From Octopus sinensis (Eukaryota), in contig NC_043016.1 in the NCBI RefSeq assembly GCF_006345805.1, positions 22,382,001 through 22,446,000 of the forward strand: a stretch of 64,000 nucleotides of DNA, in the 5' to 3' direction. Shown piece after piece: positions 1 through 13,200 of the stretch. Each line of letters starts with the position of its first letter. Position 1 is the first letter of the stretch. The notes beneath the pieces are model-generated. The model was not told the origin of the DNA, ran no database searches, and saw only the letters and a list, made by a program, of their open reading frames with translations. The position numbers were made by a program, and so were the translations under genes.

Positions 1-30
1 ATGCCTACAGCTCAAGAAGTGAATTTACTG

Positions 31-194
31 TTACATTCCGTTGTAAGCAGGGCCTTCTCCCCCTTGAGGACACACCCAGTTTATATTCTGGCTTGGATCC
101 TTTATATCACAGGTTTTGCAGTGGATACAATTCTGTGCATTGATCTGCAGTCGCATACTGTCACCATCTTCTGTAGGAACATATTCATAGACAC
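31..194 (-). CDS. ETFDH: ETFDH last coding exon (14): 4Fe-4S ferredoxin-like C-terminus, ends in TAA at 31-33
   Basis: ttcag|GT GTC TAT GAA... translates (G)[53 protein letters not shown]; 164 nt. Confidence 0.97.
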
Positions 195-3100
195 CTGAAA
201 GATTCCAACGATATATATTAAATTCTTGGGTGATAGATACAAAGTTGTTGAAGAAATTGTACTAGCCATTGTCAACATAGTAACAAAAGCACCCCCCCAC
301 ACACAAGACAGTGTCTATGGACTAGAAGCCAGCACCATGGAGTAACTATAGACCTTTGGTCTTAAACACAGAACTTCTGGCTGGAAACTAGGAATAATAA
401 TGAGATCCTTCATTCCCACTCTGCCAAACCCATGGTCAACAAGAATACAGCTATTGCAGACAACATCAAGTTCAATATCCTCATATTGGACTTGGTAAGA
501 GTGATGAGAAATGTGTCCTGTATGTGCAACCCAACAGAATTAGAAAGACACATACAACACTTCATTCACCACATGCAGTTCTCCGGTTACAGCCAAAGGG
601 GATAAAGGAGCCATGGCTAAGTACAAGACCGTCAAAGAGAATGATGCAAAAGAGATATGTCTGCTATACAGGAGTAAATAAGGCCAACTCATGGTATGAC
701 AAGAAAAAATACCAGTGTGTCATGTTTGTTGATGGTAGCGAACTAACATGTCTTTTTAGGAAAAAACCTTAGATAAGATGAATCTACAGGTTAAGGTACT
801 AGAAAGTACAGGAACTCTCACAAAATCTCTGATTTGTAGAACATATCCATTTGAAAGGGACCCATGTACAGATAACTGTATACTATGTAGGATGAACCAC
901 AGGTAAATTGTAAGATTAGGAATGTAGCATACAGTACTGAGGGATGATGCAGAAACAGGACAACAGCATACATTGGGGAGACAGCACATGGCATAGGTGA
1001 ACACTAGCAGGAGCTCAAAGAGAAGAGCTTGTCAGTTCTCTACCAACATGCTCAATTACAACATAGATAACTTAGGTTTTGGTCAGTATAGGCTCAGACT
1101 TGGTTAATAACATAGATGTTAAGATATTATCAACGCAGAACAGACATGCCACTACAGAGGCCACACACATAGTAATAGATAGACCGAGTGTCAACAGAAA
1201 ACATGAATGGAATAGCACTCCATTACACATGATGATTAAAGACAGAATGAGATAAGAAAAAAAGAAAGATACAAACAATATAATACATAAACTCATACAA
1301 ACATAAGACACACATACACATAAGATGGAATGAGAAAAATAAATAACTAAAATTAAAAAAAACCCCAACTAAATAAAAGACATGGGTACAGTGTAGTAAG
1401 CAAATCCATATACATATATACAACACATTGACACACACACACAGATATAGATGCAAATGCTTGAATGGACTAAACAGAACAAAAGGAGACAAGAAGGATG
1501 GGGAATTGCTGAAGAGGACATAGGTGAAAGATTTGTATATAAATGTATATAGTGTGTGTGGTTAATTGGCAAAAGAATATGGCCATTCCCAAATATAACA
1601 ATATATATTTTGTGTATACATATACATAAGTTTTTTCATGCAAGCATGGGTTAGGCAAATATACTATTGAGATATTTTACAGCTGGATACCCTTTCTGTT
1701 GCTAATCTTTACCTCTTTTATTTCATGTCTTTGTTGATAGGGAAAATGGCAAAATCACCTCTTGTAGCATGGTGATTTTTGGAGAAGCACAAATGTAAAC
1801 ACACACACACAGACAATAGACTTCTTTCATTCTGTTTATTATAATTCTGGGCCACTTAAAAGTTGGCCCAGGGTTATAATGAAACTGAACCCACGTGGTT
1901 GCAAAGAGAACTATTAAACCACACAGACAAATGATGCACACACACATATACATCTTGATGAAATGTTATTATTAGTGAGAGTGAAATAAAAAAAAAAAAT
2001 CGCTGCTCTTTGTACAAAGTCCCTAGCAATATTTGTTTTGCCTTGTGCTACAGACACTCATCAGTTATGCAGTCATAATTTCAGTGAATCAGTTAGAAAC
2101 CTATAACCAACTATGCTATTCACTCACAGATTGTAATATAAAATATATAGAAATAAACTAAAATTTTCATTGTAGACAATGTGAGACCCTGGTGAATTGT
2201 ATTGCAAAATGATTTTGATTCAAATCATTTGTGTTCCTAATATCTCTGAAAATGTATGAACATTACACAATCTCATTATCCTATGAGGTTTTATGTTTGT
2301 ATACGGAATTACTGTTTCCTTGCATATTGAAAAATATGTTTACAAAATGCTTTACCTGCAGGGCAGAATCGTTGTTCAGGTCCATCAAAGTTTTGAAGAT
2401 TTTGGTTAACTGGGACATTGTCATTCAGCAGAGTGAGGTGGGCAGGTTGGTCATGGTCGTGGTTAGTTCCAGTTAGAGCAACAGAACTTAGGAGATCAAA
2501 AGAAATTTCATTGTCGGGTTTAGGATATTCTATAACTTTGCATTCAGTAGCTGGTTTTAACTTTTTATAATCAGGACCTAGGTGAGAAAAATGTGAAAAG
2601 TATAAGAATATATAAAAACAAAAACGACTTAATGTATTGCATTTGATGGAAAACATGAAACATAAAAATCAGCATAAATTTCAGATAACATTCAGGTGGA
2701 AATCAATGACTCAACTGATACGCACTTCCTATTATTGCACATGCCCACCATGAAATACTGGGAAGTTTTCCTATTTAGCCATTCCATCTTACTCAATATA
2801 GCTATCATTTCTAACCTAAACAAAATTGCCACTGTGTTTAAAAAAGGAACCATACAAACCAAAAAGGGAGTTTGTATATAGTTACTTCACTTATTTATTG
2901 ACCAATATAGCAGTCAAATTTCCCTTACTAACTTTGAAATAAGGGCCATATAGCTCAGAGTGGAAGCTTCCATGAAGTCACTTGACCTACTTAATATAGC
3001 AGCTAAATCTCCCTCAAGATCTTATATTTCTATGTTCAGTTTTGTAGGTAAGTCATCTCTTTTGCCATAGATTTACTGAACCAAAATTAACTGGGAATAT

Positions 3101-4145
3101 TCAACAACCAGAACATTTACACTGCCAACAAGACTCAGAAACCAATTTTACTGCAATACTTTCCTAACAATAAAATTGTATCTTCCAAGGTGGCAAGCTG
3201 GCAGAAACACTAGCACACCGGGCAAAATGCTTAGTGGTATTTCATGTCTTTACGTTCTGAGGTTGACTTTTGTCTTTCATCCTTTTGGGGTTGATAAATC
3301 AAGTACCAGTTGTGTACTAGGGTTGATCTAACTGACTGGGCCCTCCCCCAAAATTTCGGGCATTGTGCCCAGAATAGAAAAGAGTATTGTATCTTCCACT
3401 TAGTCTAGACACATTTACAACACTCCAAATCACTAACACAACACCATCCGTCCCACTCAGTTCTACTCAGTCCAGATACATCTACAACACCATCCTAACA
3501 ATACACTCTCTCTCATCCGGTCCAGATACATCTACCACATTCTACTGACAATACAACAAACCTTACTGGTGTGGGCTTATTGTTTATATGAAACACCTCC
3601 TTACCATTGTGTGAGAGTGTCCATGGTTCTTTTCCTTGAAAGATCCAAGTAAATACTCCTGTGTACATTAGACCCCCAAACAGTCCAAGCCTGGAGTGAA
3701 ATGAGGGTCGGACATTGCGAATGGTTTTCAGTTCTTTGTAAACCCAACTGTTTCGGTAAGTGGTTTCATATTCTACTGGTTCTTTTCCTAGAAAAAGACA
3801 GTTGAAAAAGTTTTTTGAATATTTTACAATTTGAATGAAAGACCCCCCCCCCCACCAAGAAAACAACAATAAAAAGCAAAAACAAAGGAAAACCTAAATA
3901 AGTAAGCATTTTGAAGAGTAATATACTCTGCTGAGCCCAAGATCAATCCTGATCAATACATATTATTTAATAGGAACTACATTGTTCAGTGAACCTTTAT
4001 CATTTTAAAGACAGTAACACTCTCCAGAGATTTCCTCCAGATATATATATAAAGTATAAAATCAGGGGGTGTCAAATGTGATGGATTTATTCTTCTATTT
4101 GATTTCCATAATTACATCAGTTTTGTAACCTTCTTCAAGTAATAC

Positions 4146-4214
<69 letters not shown>

Positions 4215-7200
4215 TCTATCTGTCTGTCTGTCTGTCTCTCTACTTACCTACCTACCTACCTAACTACATACATACTCACACATACACAGACATGTTAATG
4301 TGTAACTATCTGTTGCACACATACATATGGCCTCCATTAGCCATAGTTGACCATGTGTTTCCGCATCAGCAAAGTTGCTCCCCAAAGAAGAGGCCTGAGC
4401 AAGGTGTATTTTCTGCCTCTCTTCTTTGTGTCACTGATGATGTCCAAAGGAAAGCTTGACAATGGTGTCACTGCAGATATTCCTGAATGCAATGGGTTAG
4501 AACAACCCACATCTCGTGTCCTACCAATCCATAGCTCTGAATTGGTACTTGTTGGGAGTATGGGATGGTCTCCTCTCTTCCCTTATAGTGGCTCTGGCTC
4601 TGCACCACAACCAGTACCAGTACTAGTCTGTCCTCTGTTCTGGTAGGCTCTCGTAGCTCCTCCCACTAGCATTACTGCTTGCATCAAAAAGAGTCTGCAT
4701 TACATATTTAATCAGTTAACAAGACACCTACTCCTTTCTCTCTTCTTATAATGATATGACCAATTAGCTGTTTATTTATTTAATCATTGACTCACTTATG
4801 CTTGTAACACTAATGCTTAAAACAATGCTTTGCAATTTTAACATGATTGAATGATGGTAGATTAATTTGGGAACAACCGATGTGTCATACCTGTTATCAA
4901 ACATTCATTGAAACCTTCTTTTCAGATGTGTAATACTATCCCCTCTTCTCATGTTCCTCCCTTGTCCCTTTCCTTTTCCAGTTTCTTAGAGTTAGCACTG
5001 TCAATGTAGGCACATTGAAAGGTAGGTCTGGTGAGATTAAGATGCTTGAATGGAGGCATGTTGATGTGTGTTGCATTCAAGAAGTAAGGTGGTGGTGGTG
5101 GGGAGCTTCAGCCACGTTCCTTACAGGCAGGATGCATAAATATAAAATCTGGGAATGTAACAGTGATGGGGTAGGTGGTGTGGGCATACTTCTTGCAGAG
5201 AAATGGGTTGATATGGTCATGTGTGATAGAGTACTGAAGCTCAGGCTAGTTTTACAGAATAGTACAGCAATAATTATCTTTGCCTATGCCTCCTCACCTG
5301 GGAGGCATAAGCAAAGATAATGAACAGAAGGACTGTTTTTATGATAGCCTTTTGCAGGCCACCTCAAAGACAAATGACAAGGATCTCATTTTTGTGGCTG
5401 GTGATTTCAGTGGACATGTTGAGCAGCAGTTAGGTACCTTCCATGGAGTACATAGGAATCATGGAATTGGTTTCCAAAATGAAGAGGGAACAAGGCTACT
5501 GGAGTTCTGTAATGCAAATAATCTAGTGATCTGCAACACCAACTTCAGGAAGCCAGCCAGTTACCTGCTTACCTATCAATCAGGTGACTAAACAAGCTAG
5601 ATTGATTTCATTCTCACTAGACTAGGGGTTGGACAAAATAATGGAAGCGCTTTAAAATTTCAAACAAATATATTTTAATATGGGGTAGGACCAGCTCTGG
5701 CAGTAATTACAGCTTGAATTCTATGAGGTATGGACTCGTACAAAGTTTGAATTGTTTCCAAAGGAATTTTTGTCCATTCTTCAGCTAAAATAGTCTCCAG
5801 TTCTTGTAGTGATAATGGTGGAGGATATCGACTCCTTACTTGTTTTTCTAAAATGTACCATAAATGTTCAATAATATTGAGATCTGGTGACTGTGGTTGC
5901 CAGATATGATGTTCAACTTCATTAGAATGTTCCTCAAGCTATCCAGTAACAACTTTAGTTGAGTGAATTGGTGCATTATCATCCTGAAAGATTGCGCTTC
6001 CCTCCAGAAACAGTTCTGCAACCATAGGATGAGCTTTAGCAGATAAAATGCTTAAATAGTCTTGACTATTAATTCTACCATGAAGGGAAACCATTGGGCT
6101 GGCAGATTTCCAAGATATAGCTCCCAGATCATTACAGATCCTCCTCCGTGTTTAACAGTTGGAAGAAGGCAGTCTGGGTTAAATACTTCTGGCTTTGTGC
6201 AGCTCTTGGTGAACAGTTTTTGTGGAAACTGGGTTCTTGAGGTGGTCATTAAGCTCTGCAGTAATTTTGGGAGCTGTTCTTTTGTGATCCTTTCTAATAA
6301 TTTGCGTAAGAGTCCAAAGGTCCCTATCTGAAAGTTTGGGTTTTCTTCCAGAGTTTTGTTTCAACGAGGAGGTTTTTCCCTGTTTCTCAAAGGCTCTCAT
6401 TACTTTTGAGACAGTACTTCTTGATACACCAAACATTTCGGCTGTTTTCATTACGCTAGCGCCTGCTATACAAGCACCAACAATTTGACCTCTTTGAAAG
6501 TTCGATAGATCTATCATTTTAATGAATTTTAATTACCTTTCTTTGATAATATCTGGAAAGAAACAGCAATTTTAGCAAAACATATTAAGCAACACTAATA
6601 ATACATCAAAGAACATGAAAATAAACAAGCTTTTGATGGTTTTATAGATATTTCAGAATTATGATGCTTTGATGCTAAGTGCTTCCATTATTTTGTTCAA
6701 CCTCTGTACATGGCTGCTCATAAATGCAAAGAGCTTCCTGGGTGAAGAATCCCCTCCCCCCAGCATAGACTAATCATCAGTAACTTTAGAATTCAGGCCA
6801 AAAGGTTGCCTATAAGCAGACCAATCTGGAAAAGGAGGATCTGGAAGCTTGCAGATCCTTTATATGGTCAGAGACTTAGGGACACTCTAATTGAGAAATA
6901 TGATGCAAAGGAGGAGGAACTACAGACTTGTAACATAGAGGGCAACTAGGAATTCCTGCAGGACAGCTTGCTGAGTACCAAATCTGCAGCTGGTGCAAAG
7001 TCCCAACCAGAAGTTGGGGATGTGGTGGTGGAGCGATGCTGTAGACATTTGAGCAAAGAAGCAGGCCTGGAAAGAGTGGAAGGGTGGTGGTAGCAGGGAA
7101 CAATATCAGGTAGTTAGGAAGGAGGCTAGAAGGCAGGTGTATTTAGCCAGGGGAGAAGCAGAGAGGAGGAACTTTGGCATGTTCTGCATCGTGAGTACCA

Positions 7201-10200
7201 GAGAGTTGAAGTGTGTCAGAAAATTGTGATGTGGTAGGAGAGAAATATGTTTGCATGGATGATGGGTCACTGGCAGTTAGCAACCCTGCAAAGAAGGTTT
7301 GGAAGTGCCACTATGAAAGGCTACTAAATGTAGAGAAATCATGGCAGGAGAGCCTACTTAGTGTGGATCCAATAGACGGACCAGCACTCTGAATAGACAG
7401 TAGCATGGTAGACAAAGCCATGAAGGTTATGAAGATGGGAAAAGCCCCTGGCCCATCTAGAATAACCATTGAGATGCTTAGAATATCTGGTGGTGTGGAT
7501 TATGGTTTAGTCACGCATATAGTTAATCAGGCTAAACATGAAGGAGTCATACCCAATGACTGGTGTAGCAGTATCATAGTTAACTGCTACAAAGGTAAAG
7601 GTGACGACTTAGAAATAATTAGAGAGGTATCACTTTGTTGGGTCAGGTGATGGAAGTCACAGAGAGGGTCATAGCCCAACTAATAAGGGAGAGAGTTTAG
7701 ATGAGATGCAGTTTGATTTTGTGCCAGGGAGAAGCACCACTGATGCTATATTTCTGGTAAGGCATCTGCAGGAGAAGTACCTAGCCAAAGACAAAAATCT
7801 GTACCTGGCTTTTGTTGACATGGAGAAAGCCTTTGACAGGGTCCTCCGGTCCCTGGTAGTCAATGTGGAAACTAGGGATAGATTACTGGTTGGTGAGAGC
7901 TGTACAAGCCACGTACAAGGATGCTGTCAGTAAGGCGAGGGTTGGCAACAAGTGTAGCGAGAAATTCAGGGTACAAGTGAGGGTTCACCAAAGATCAGTC
8001 CTCAGTGCCCTCTTGTTCATCATAGTCCTCCAGGCAATAACAGAAGAATTTAAGACGGGTTGCCCCTGGGAGCTCCTCTATGCTGATGACCTTATTTTTA
8101 TAGCTGAATCACTATCAGAACTAGAGGAGAAGTTTCATGTGTGGAAGCAAGGTCTAGAATCAAAGGGCTTAGAGTTAATCTAGAAAAAACCAAAGTCTTA
8201 GTAAGTAAGAAAGCTCACAAATCACAAATTCCCTCAGGTAGATGGCTCCTCTTGATCTGTAGGAAAAGTTCGCTAGAGGTAGTTGATAACTTCCGTTATT
8301 TAGGTGTCCAAGTCAGTAGCTCTGAGAGCATAGCTACAAGAATAGGAATAGGCCAGGCAAAATTCAGAGAACTCCTACCTCTGTTGGCAACAAAGAGCCT
8401 CTCCCTCAGAGTGAAGGGCTGACTGTATGATGCCTGTGTGTGAACAGCTATGCTACACAGCAGTGAAATATGGGCTGTGATCACTGAGGATATGTATATG
8501 CTTGAAAGAAATGAATCTAGCATGCTTCACTGGATGTGCAATGTCAGTGTGCATGTACGACAGAGTGTAAGTGTCTTGAGAGAAGAATTGGACAATATTT
8601 ATAACCATACCTAGCTATGAGCTGTCAATTCACTCCTGCACTCCATTCTAAACAGACACAGTCCTCTAGTCTTAGATTTAGTAGTTGATAAAAAGACTAA
8701 TTAATTAAAAATGAACCACAATCCTTTACAAGCTATGATCCCAACAAACTTCATGTATTTCTTGGAAGTGTAGTATATTCTTAGCTACAATAGCGACAAC
8801 AAGGATTTTTTCTATCGTCTTGTTCTATTAAAGTATTTGAGTAAGATTATATTAATGTGTCCAACTGATTAAAATTCTATTTATTTATTTGTGCAGCTGA
8901 GGATAGCCCTGTATTTAAATTGAAGTAACGATTGCATTGTTCAATTAAATGGAGCCGCTTGAAACATCATACTGCATCACTTCTTGATATCCTGTTGCTT
9001 ATTTTGATTATATATATATATACATTACTCTTTTACTTGTTTTAATCATTTGAGTGTGGTCATGCTGGAATACTGACTTTAAGTTGAAGAAATCAACCCC
9101 TGGACTTTAGGCAAGAAGTTGAAATTGTTTTGGCCCCTGACACTGTAGGGACCCTAAGTAACGCATGTGTAAAATTTGAATGAAATTGGTTGGGTAGTTC
9201 TCGAGTTTTAGGCATTCACACAGACAGACAGACATTCTCATCTTTATGTATAGAGAAAATCTTACATGTGTACCATCATGGCATATCAGCAAATAGTTTT
9301 TACCCTATTCAAATATAATCATAGACTGGTAGTTTGATTTGTCCCTGGTTCAATTCAGGTACATGATTTGAAATCAGAACAGTGAGATTCTAAATATTCA
9401 GCACCTTGTCCCATGTTTTCCTGGGTCTACCTCTTCTACAAGTTTCCTCCACAGTTAGAGATTGGCACTTTTTTTGCAGCTGCCCTCATCCATGCACATC
9501 ACATAACCATACTAGTGCAGATACCTTTCTTGCACACATCTGATGCCGCTTAAGCCCAATTTTTCTTTCAAGATGCTTACACTCAGTCGTAAATGCATAA
9601 TGACTTTGCACATCCAGCACAGCAAACTAGATTCATTTCTTTCAAGCCTTTGTATGTCCTCTGTAGCCCATGTTTCACTGCTGTGTAGCATGGCTGTTTG
9701 CACACAGGCATCATACAATCTGCCTTTCACTATGAGCAATAAGCCCTTTGTTGTCAAGTGGAAGCTCTCTGAACTTTGTCCAGTCTATTCTTATTGTAGC
9801 AGCTTTGCTCTCAGAGCATCCACTTCTGCTGCTGACCTAGTCACCTAGATAACAAAAGCTAATCAACTACTTCTAGGTATCCCTTCTGGCATTTAATGGA
9901 GTCTATTTTCTGTAGATTTCTAGTGTTTACTCTACCTGTGCATAATCTTTAGTGTGGCAAATTGGGCAGAGTTATTTGAGTGTCAGATAAAATGCCTAGC
10001 AGTATTTATTCTGACTCTCTGTGCTCCAAGTTCAAATCCCAACAAAGCCATCTTTGTCATTCATCTTTTCTGGAATGATAAAAACAAGTAACAATCCAGG
10101 GGTGAGAGACTGGCAAAACTGCAAGAATATTGGATTGTATGTCTTGCAGTATTTGTTCCTGCTCTTAACATCCTGAGTTCAAATCCTAACATGGCCTACT

Positions 10201-13200
10201 TGGATGGATTACTTAATAAGTTAAACACCACTACTTGGCACTTTAGATGCCTTTAGAAAAATTCACTCTATTGTAAGCATTAGGGCCAGATATTCAGTTT
10301 GAGGACACCTTCCTCCCTCCCATTCACCAGCCCCGGAGGTCCTGTAATAGGTCATAGTGTTGTCTTTCCTTCTTACTAAAAGAAAAAAAAGAAGAGAAAA
10401 ACATTACTCTTCCCATTCATCTTTTGAAATAAATTTAAAAAAAAATTTTAACTGAAAGGTAATTCTTACCTGATGCAGAATCTGGATCCTCTGCAATGAT
10501 GTCGAAGACAGCTTCAGCAGCCAGCATCCCTGTCTTCATGGCATTATGGCTACCCTTAATTTTTGGTACATTCATAAATCCAGGGCTACAACCTGCGAGG
10601 CAGCCACCAGGGAATGTAAGTTTGGGTATGCTCTTTAGAAGCAAGAACAGAATAATTGAGATGTTAACTATAACAGTGATTGAGTTGCTGTATAATTACA
10701 TCAATGTAGTCATTAGCTACCATGTACTATTACTATCACATGTAATATGACTCTCAACTACCATTACTCTAAACAACCATTCATTAACATATATCACCAG
10801 CCTATACACTTGCACCATCCATTTCCATCATAAGTACATACCATCAATATTTAAGCCAAGTATGGCAAGCTATTGTGGAGGCTTCTGAGTGGTTGCTTGA
10901 TATGATAAAATAGCAGGCATATCTCACTTAAAACACACCCTGGACATGTTGGATAAAGTGGTTCTGGATTCCTTGCACCTTAGTTGGAATGTCTTTGATT
11001 TAAGGTTTGTTCAATTAGAGCTCAACAGGGGGTAAATAATAACAACAATATCTACTGTAGCAACAACCTACTATTGTCATATGACCAGATCACCATCATC
11101 TACCTACCTCTACTTTAGCTATCATCACATGGCCATAGTGATTACTAATGTCACTTGAGGTTCTGCTTCTCAGTAAATGTGAAATCACATGTTAATTTCT
11201 AACATAGGCACAAAGCCAAAATTTTGAGAGAGGAAGAGAGTTAAATTAATTTTACAACTTCATTAAGATTTCAATTCAGAATGTAAAACAGCCAGAACAA
11301 ATACTGCAAGGCATTTTGTGTTACAATCTAACAGCAGATTCAGGTAATAACTTATCATTTAATCTTTTGGTTGGTTAAATGATGTGAGTCAGTATGGGGC
11401 AAGTTAAAAGGGAGAAATTTCTATAATCTACATCTCATCACAATTGTCACAACAACCAACTTAAAGATATTGATCTAGAGAGAGTGGCCTTTACCTGGTT
11501 ATCCAACTGTATAGGATCTCCCTCAAATTACATCCTTTAATCTTAAAACCTGGAAAGAAGTTTGCACACACACACACACACACACACACAAAATAAATGC
11601 TGTATCAGATACAGCACTTTAATAATAAACTCAATCAATTAAAGCTGATCTAGGGCTAAGCAACAAATAAGAAATGAATAAAAAAAATAGTTTACCTGAA
11701 GGCCACCTTCATTTAAAGCTCTGGCACCATACGCTATTCTATTTCCTCCTTGCAATAAACTCTTGATGCTAGGGTGAGTCTTGAATCTTTGGAATTCTTT
11801 AAAAGGATTTAAGTAGGTTCTGATAGTCCAAAGCTACCTAAATATTTAATCATGGAAAAGAAAAAAAATATATAGGTTAAGATAATTTAATGTTTTTTTT
11901 TTTGGGGTAACAGTTTTACATTCTGTTGCATGTTAACAAGGGTGACAGATCATTCCCTGCATGTCATATGAGATAAATAAAAGAATTGGTATCAAGAAGG
12001 GCATCAGACCATAAAATACTATCTCAAAAATTCTCATCTGGCCTGTATCAGCATGAAAAAAGCAAATGTAAAACTGAGGTTATGTCATCACAGGTAGCAT
12101 GGATTTGTTTACAGCCAGATATTCTTGCTGCTAACCTCTTCACTGGCATGTCAGTGTTCAACCTGTTCTATTGTTCAGACTAAAGCAAGCAATGTAGTTA
12201 TATCCAGACCTTAGGCAATGTTTTCCAGGTTGGTATTGCCAAAAGTCATAACTTACTAGATGCATTTTATTGTGGTACTAACACTAGGGATGCTGTAATT
12301 TCTTTGATGAGTCTAATGGGTTCCTTTGAACGTGTTGTCCCTACTTGTTTACATACCACCTTACTTTGGGTGTACAAATGCAGTTCACTGTAGCACTGCG
12401 CTAGATATGTTGCCTTCTGCCTCATAAGACTAGTGTTCTCACTACTCTACAGTGTGTTTACTGGAGAGCAAATACATGAGCATGTGTGTGACAATGAGTG
12501 CTTTATAGTCTAGTGACCTAGTTACAACTCCCAGATGTACCTATTTCACTTCATTTCACTAAAGTCCACAGAATATACATATATATATATGTGTGTATAT
12601 ATACACACACATACTTATCAACCTTTTTCATTTCCTCTTTGCTTGTTCATGGTTGAATAATAGCTGAGGAGAAATAGAATGGACACATGATGAAGAAATA
12701 ACAAACACTAGCAGTTCATGCATAAAGATTTAAATTATATATTCCACTGCATGGTGCCTTAGGCAAGTACTTTCTACTATAGCCTTGGGCCAATCAAAGC
12801 CTTTAAGTGGATTTGGTAGATGGAAACTGAAAAGAAGCCTATCATATATCTGTGTGTCTTTATGTCTGTGTATGTCTCCTAACCACTTCTTGACAATTGG
12901 TGTTGTGAGTTTATGCCCCTGTAATTTAGCAGTTTGGCAAAAGAGACTGATAGAATAAGTACAAGGCTTAAAAAAAAAGAACTTGGGTCAATTCATTTGA
13001 CTTAAAATTCTTCACGATGGTACCCCGGCATGGGATACCATTGACCCCAGTATACACATATATAAACCTATTGTTCCAAGCAACAAAACTAAAAAAAAAG
13101 AACAGAATTTTTAAGAAACAAAGAAAAAAACAAAAGGAAACAAAGTTGTAAAAGCTACTTACCACAAATCCAATAGCAACAAGTGGTTCTCCTTCACCAA

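Larger units (their letters stand above)
4900..8595 (+). mobile_element. Degenerate RTE-clade LINE (AP endonuclease + reverse transcriptase), interrupted by a Tc1 element at 5623-6706
   Basis: ORF fragments: [19 protein letters not shown]...[15 protein letters not shown] (APE); [41 protein letters not shown] (RT); many stops and frameshifts. Confidence 0.92.

Noticed and set aside
200-1030. Possible decayed LINE in the last intron
   Set aside because: No diagnostic RT or endonuclease motif could be read with confidence.
11790-11845. Alternative splicing or RNA editing as a rescue of the exon 10 frameshift
   Set aside because: The internal CAG acceptor leaves 124 nt (out of frame), there is no upstream AG at +2, and A-to-I editing cannot insert bases.
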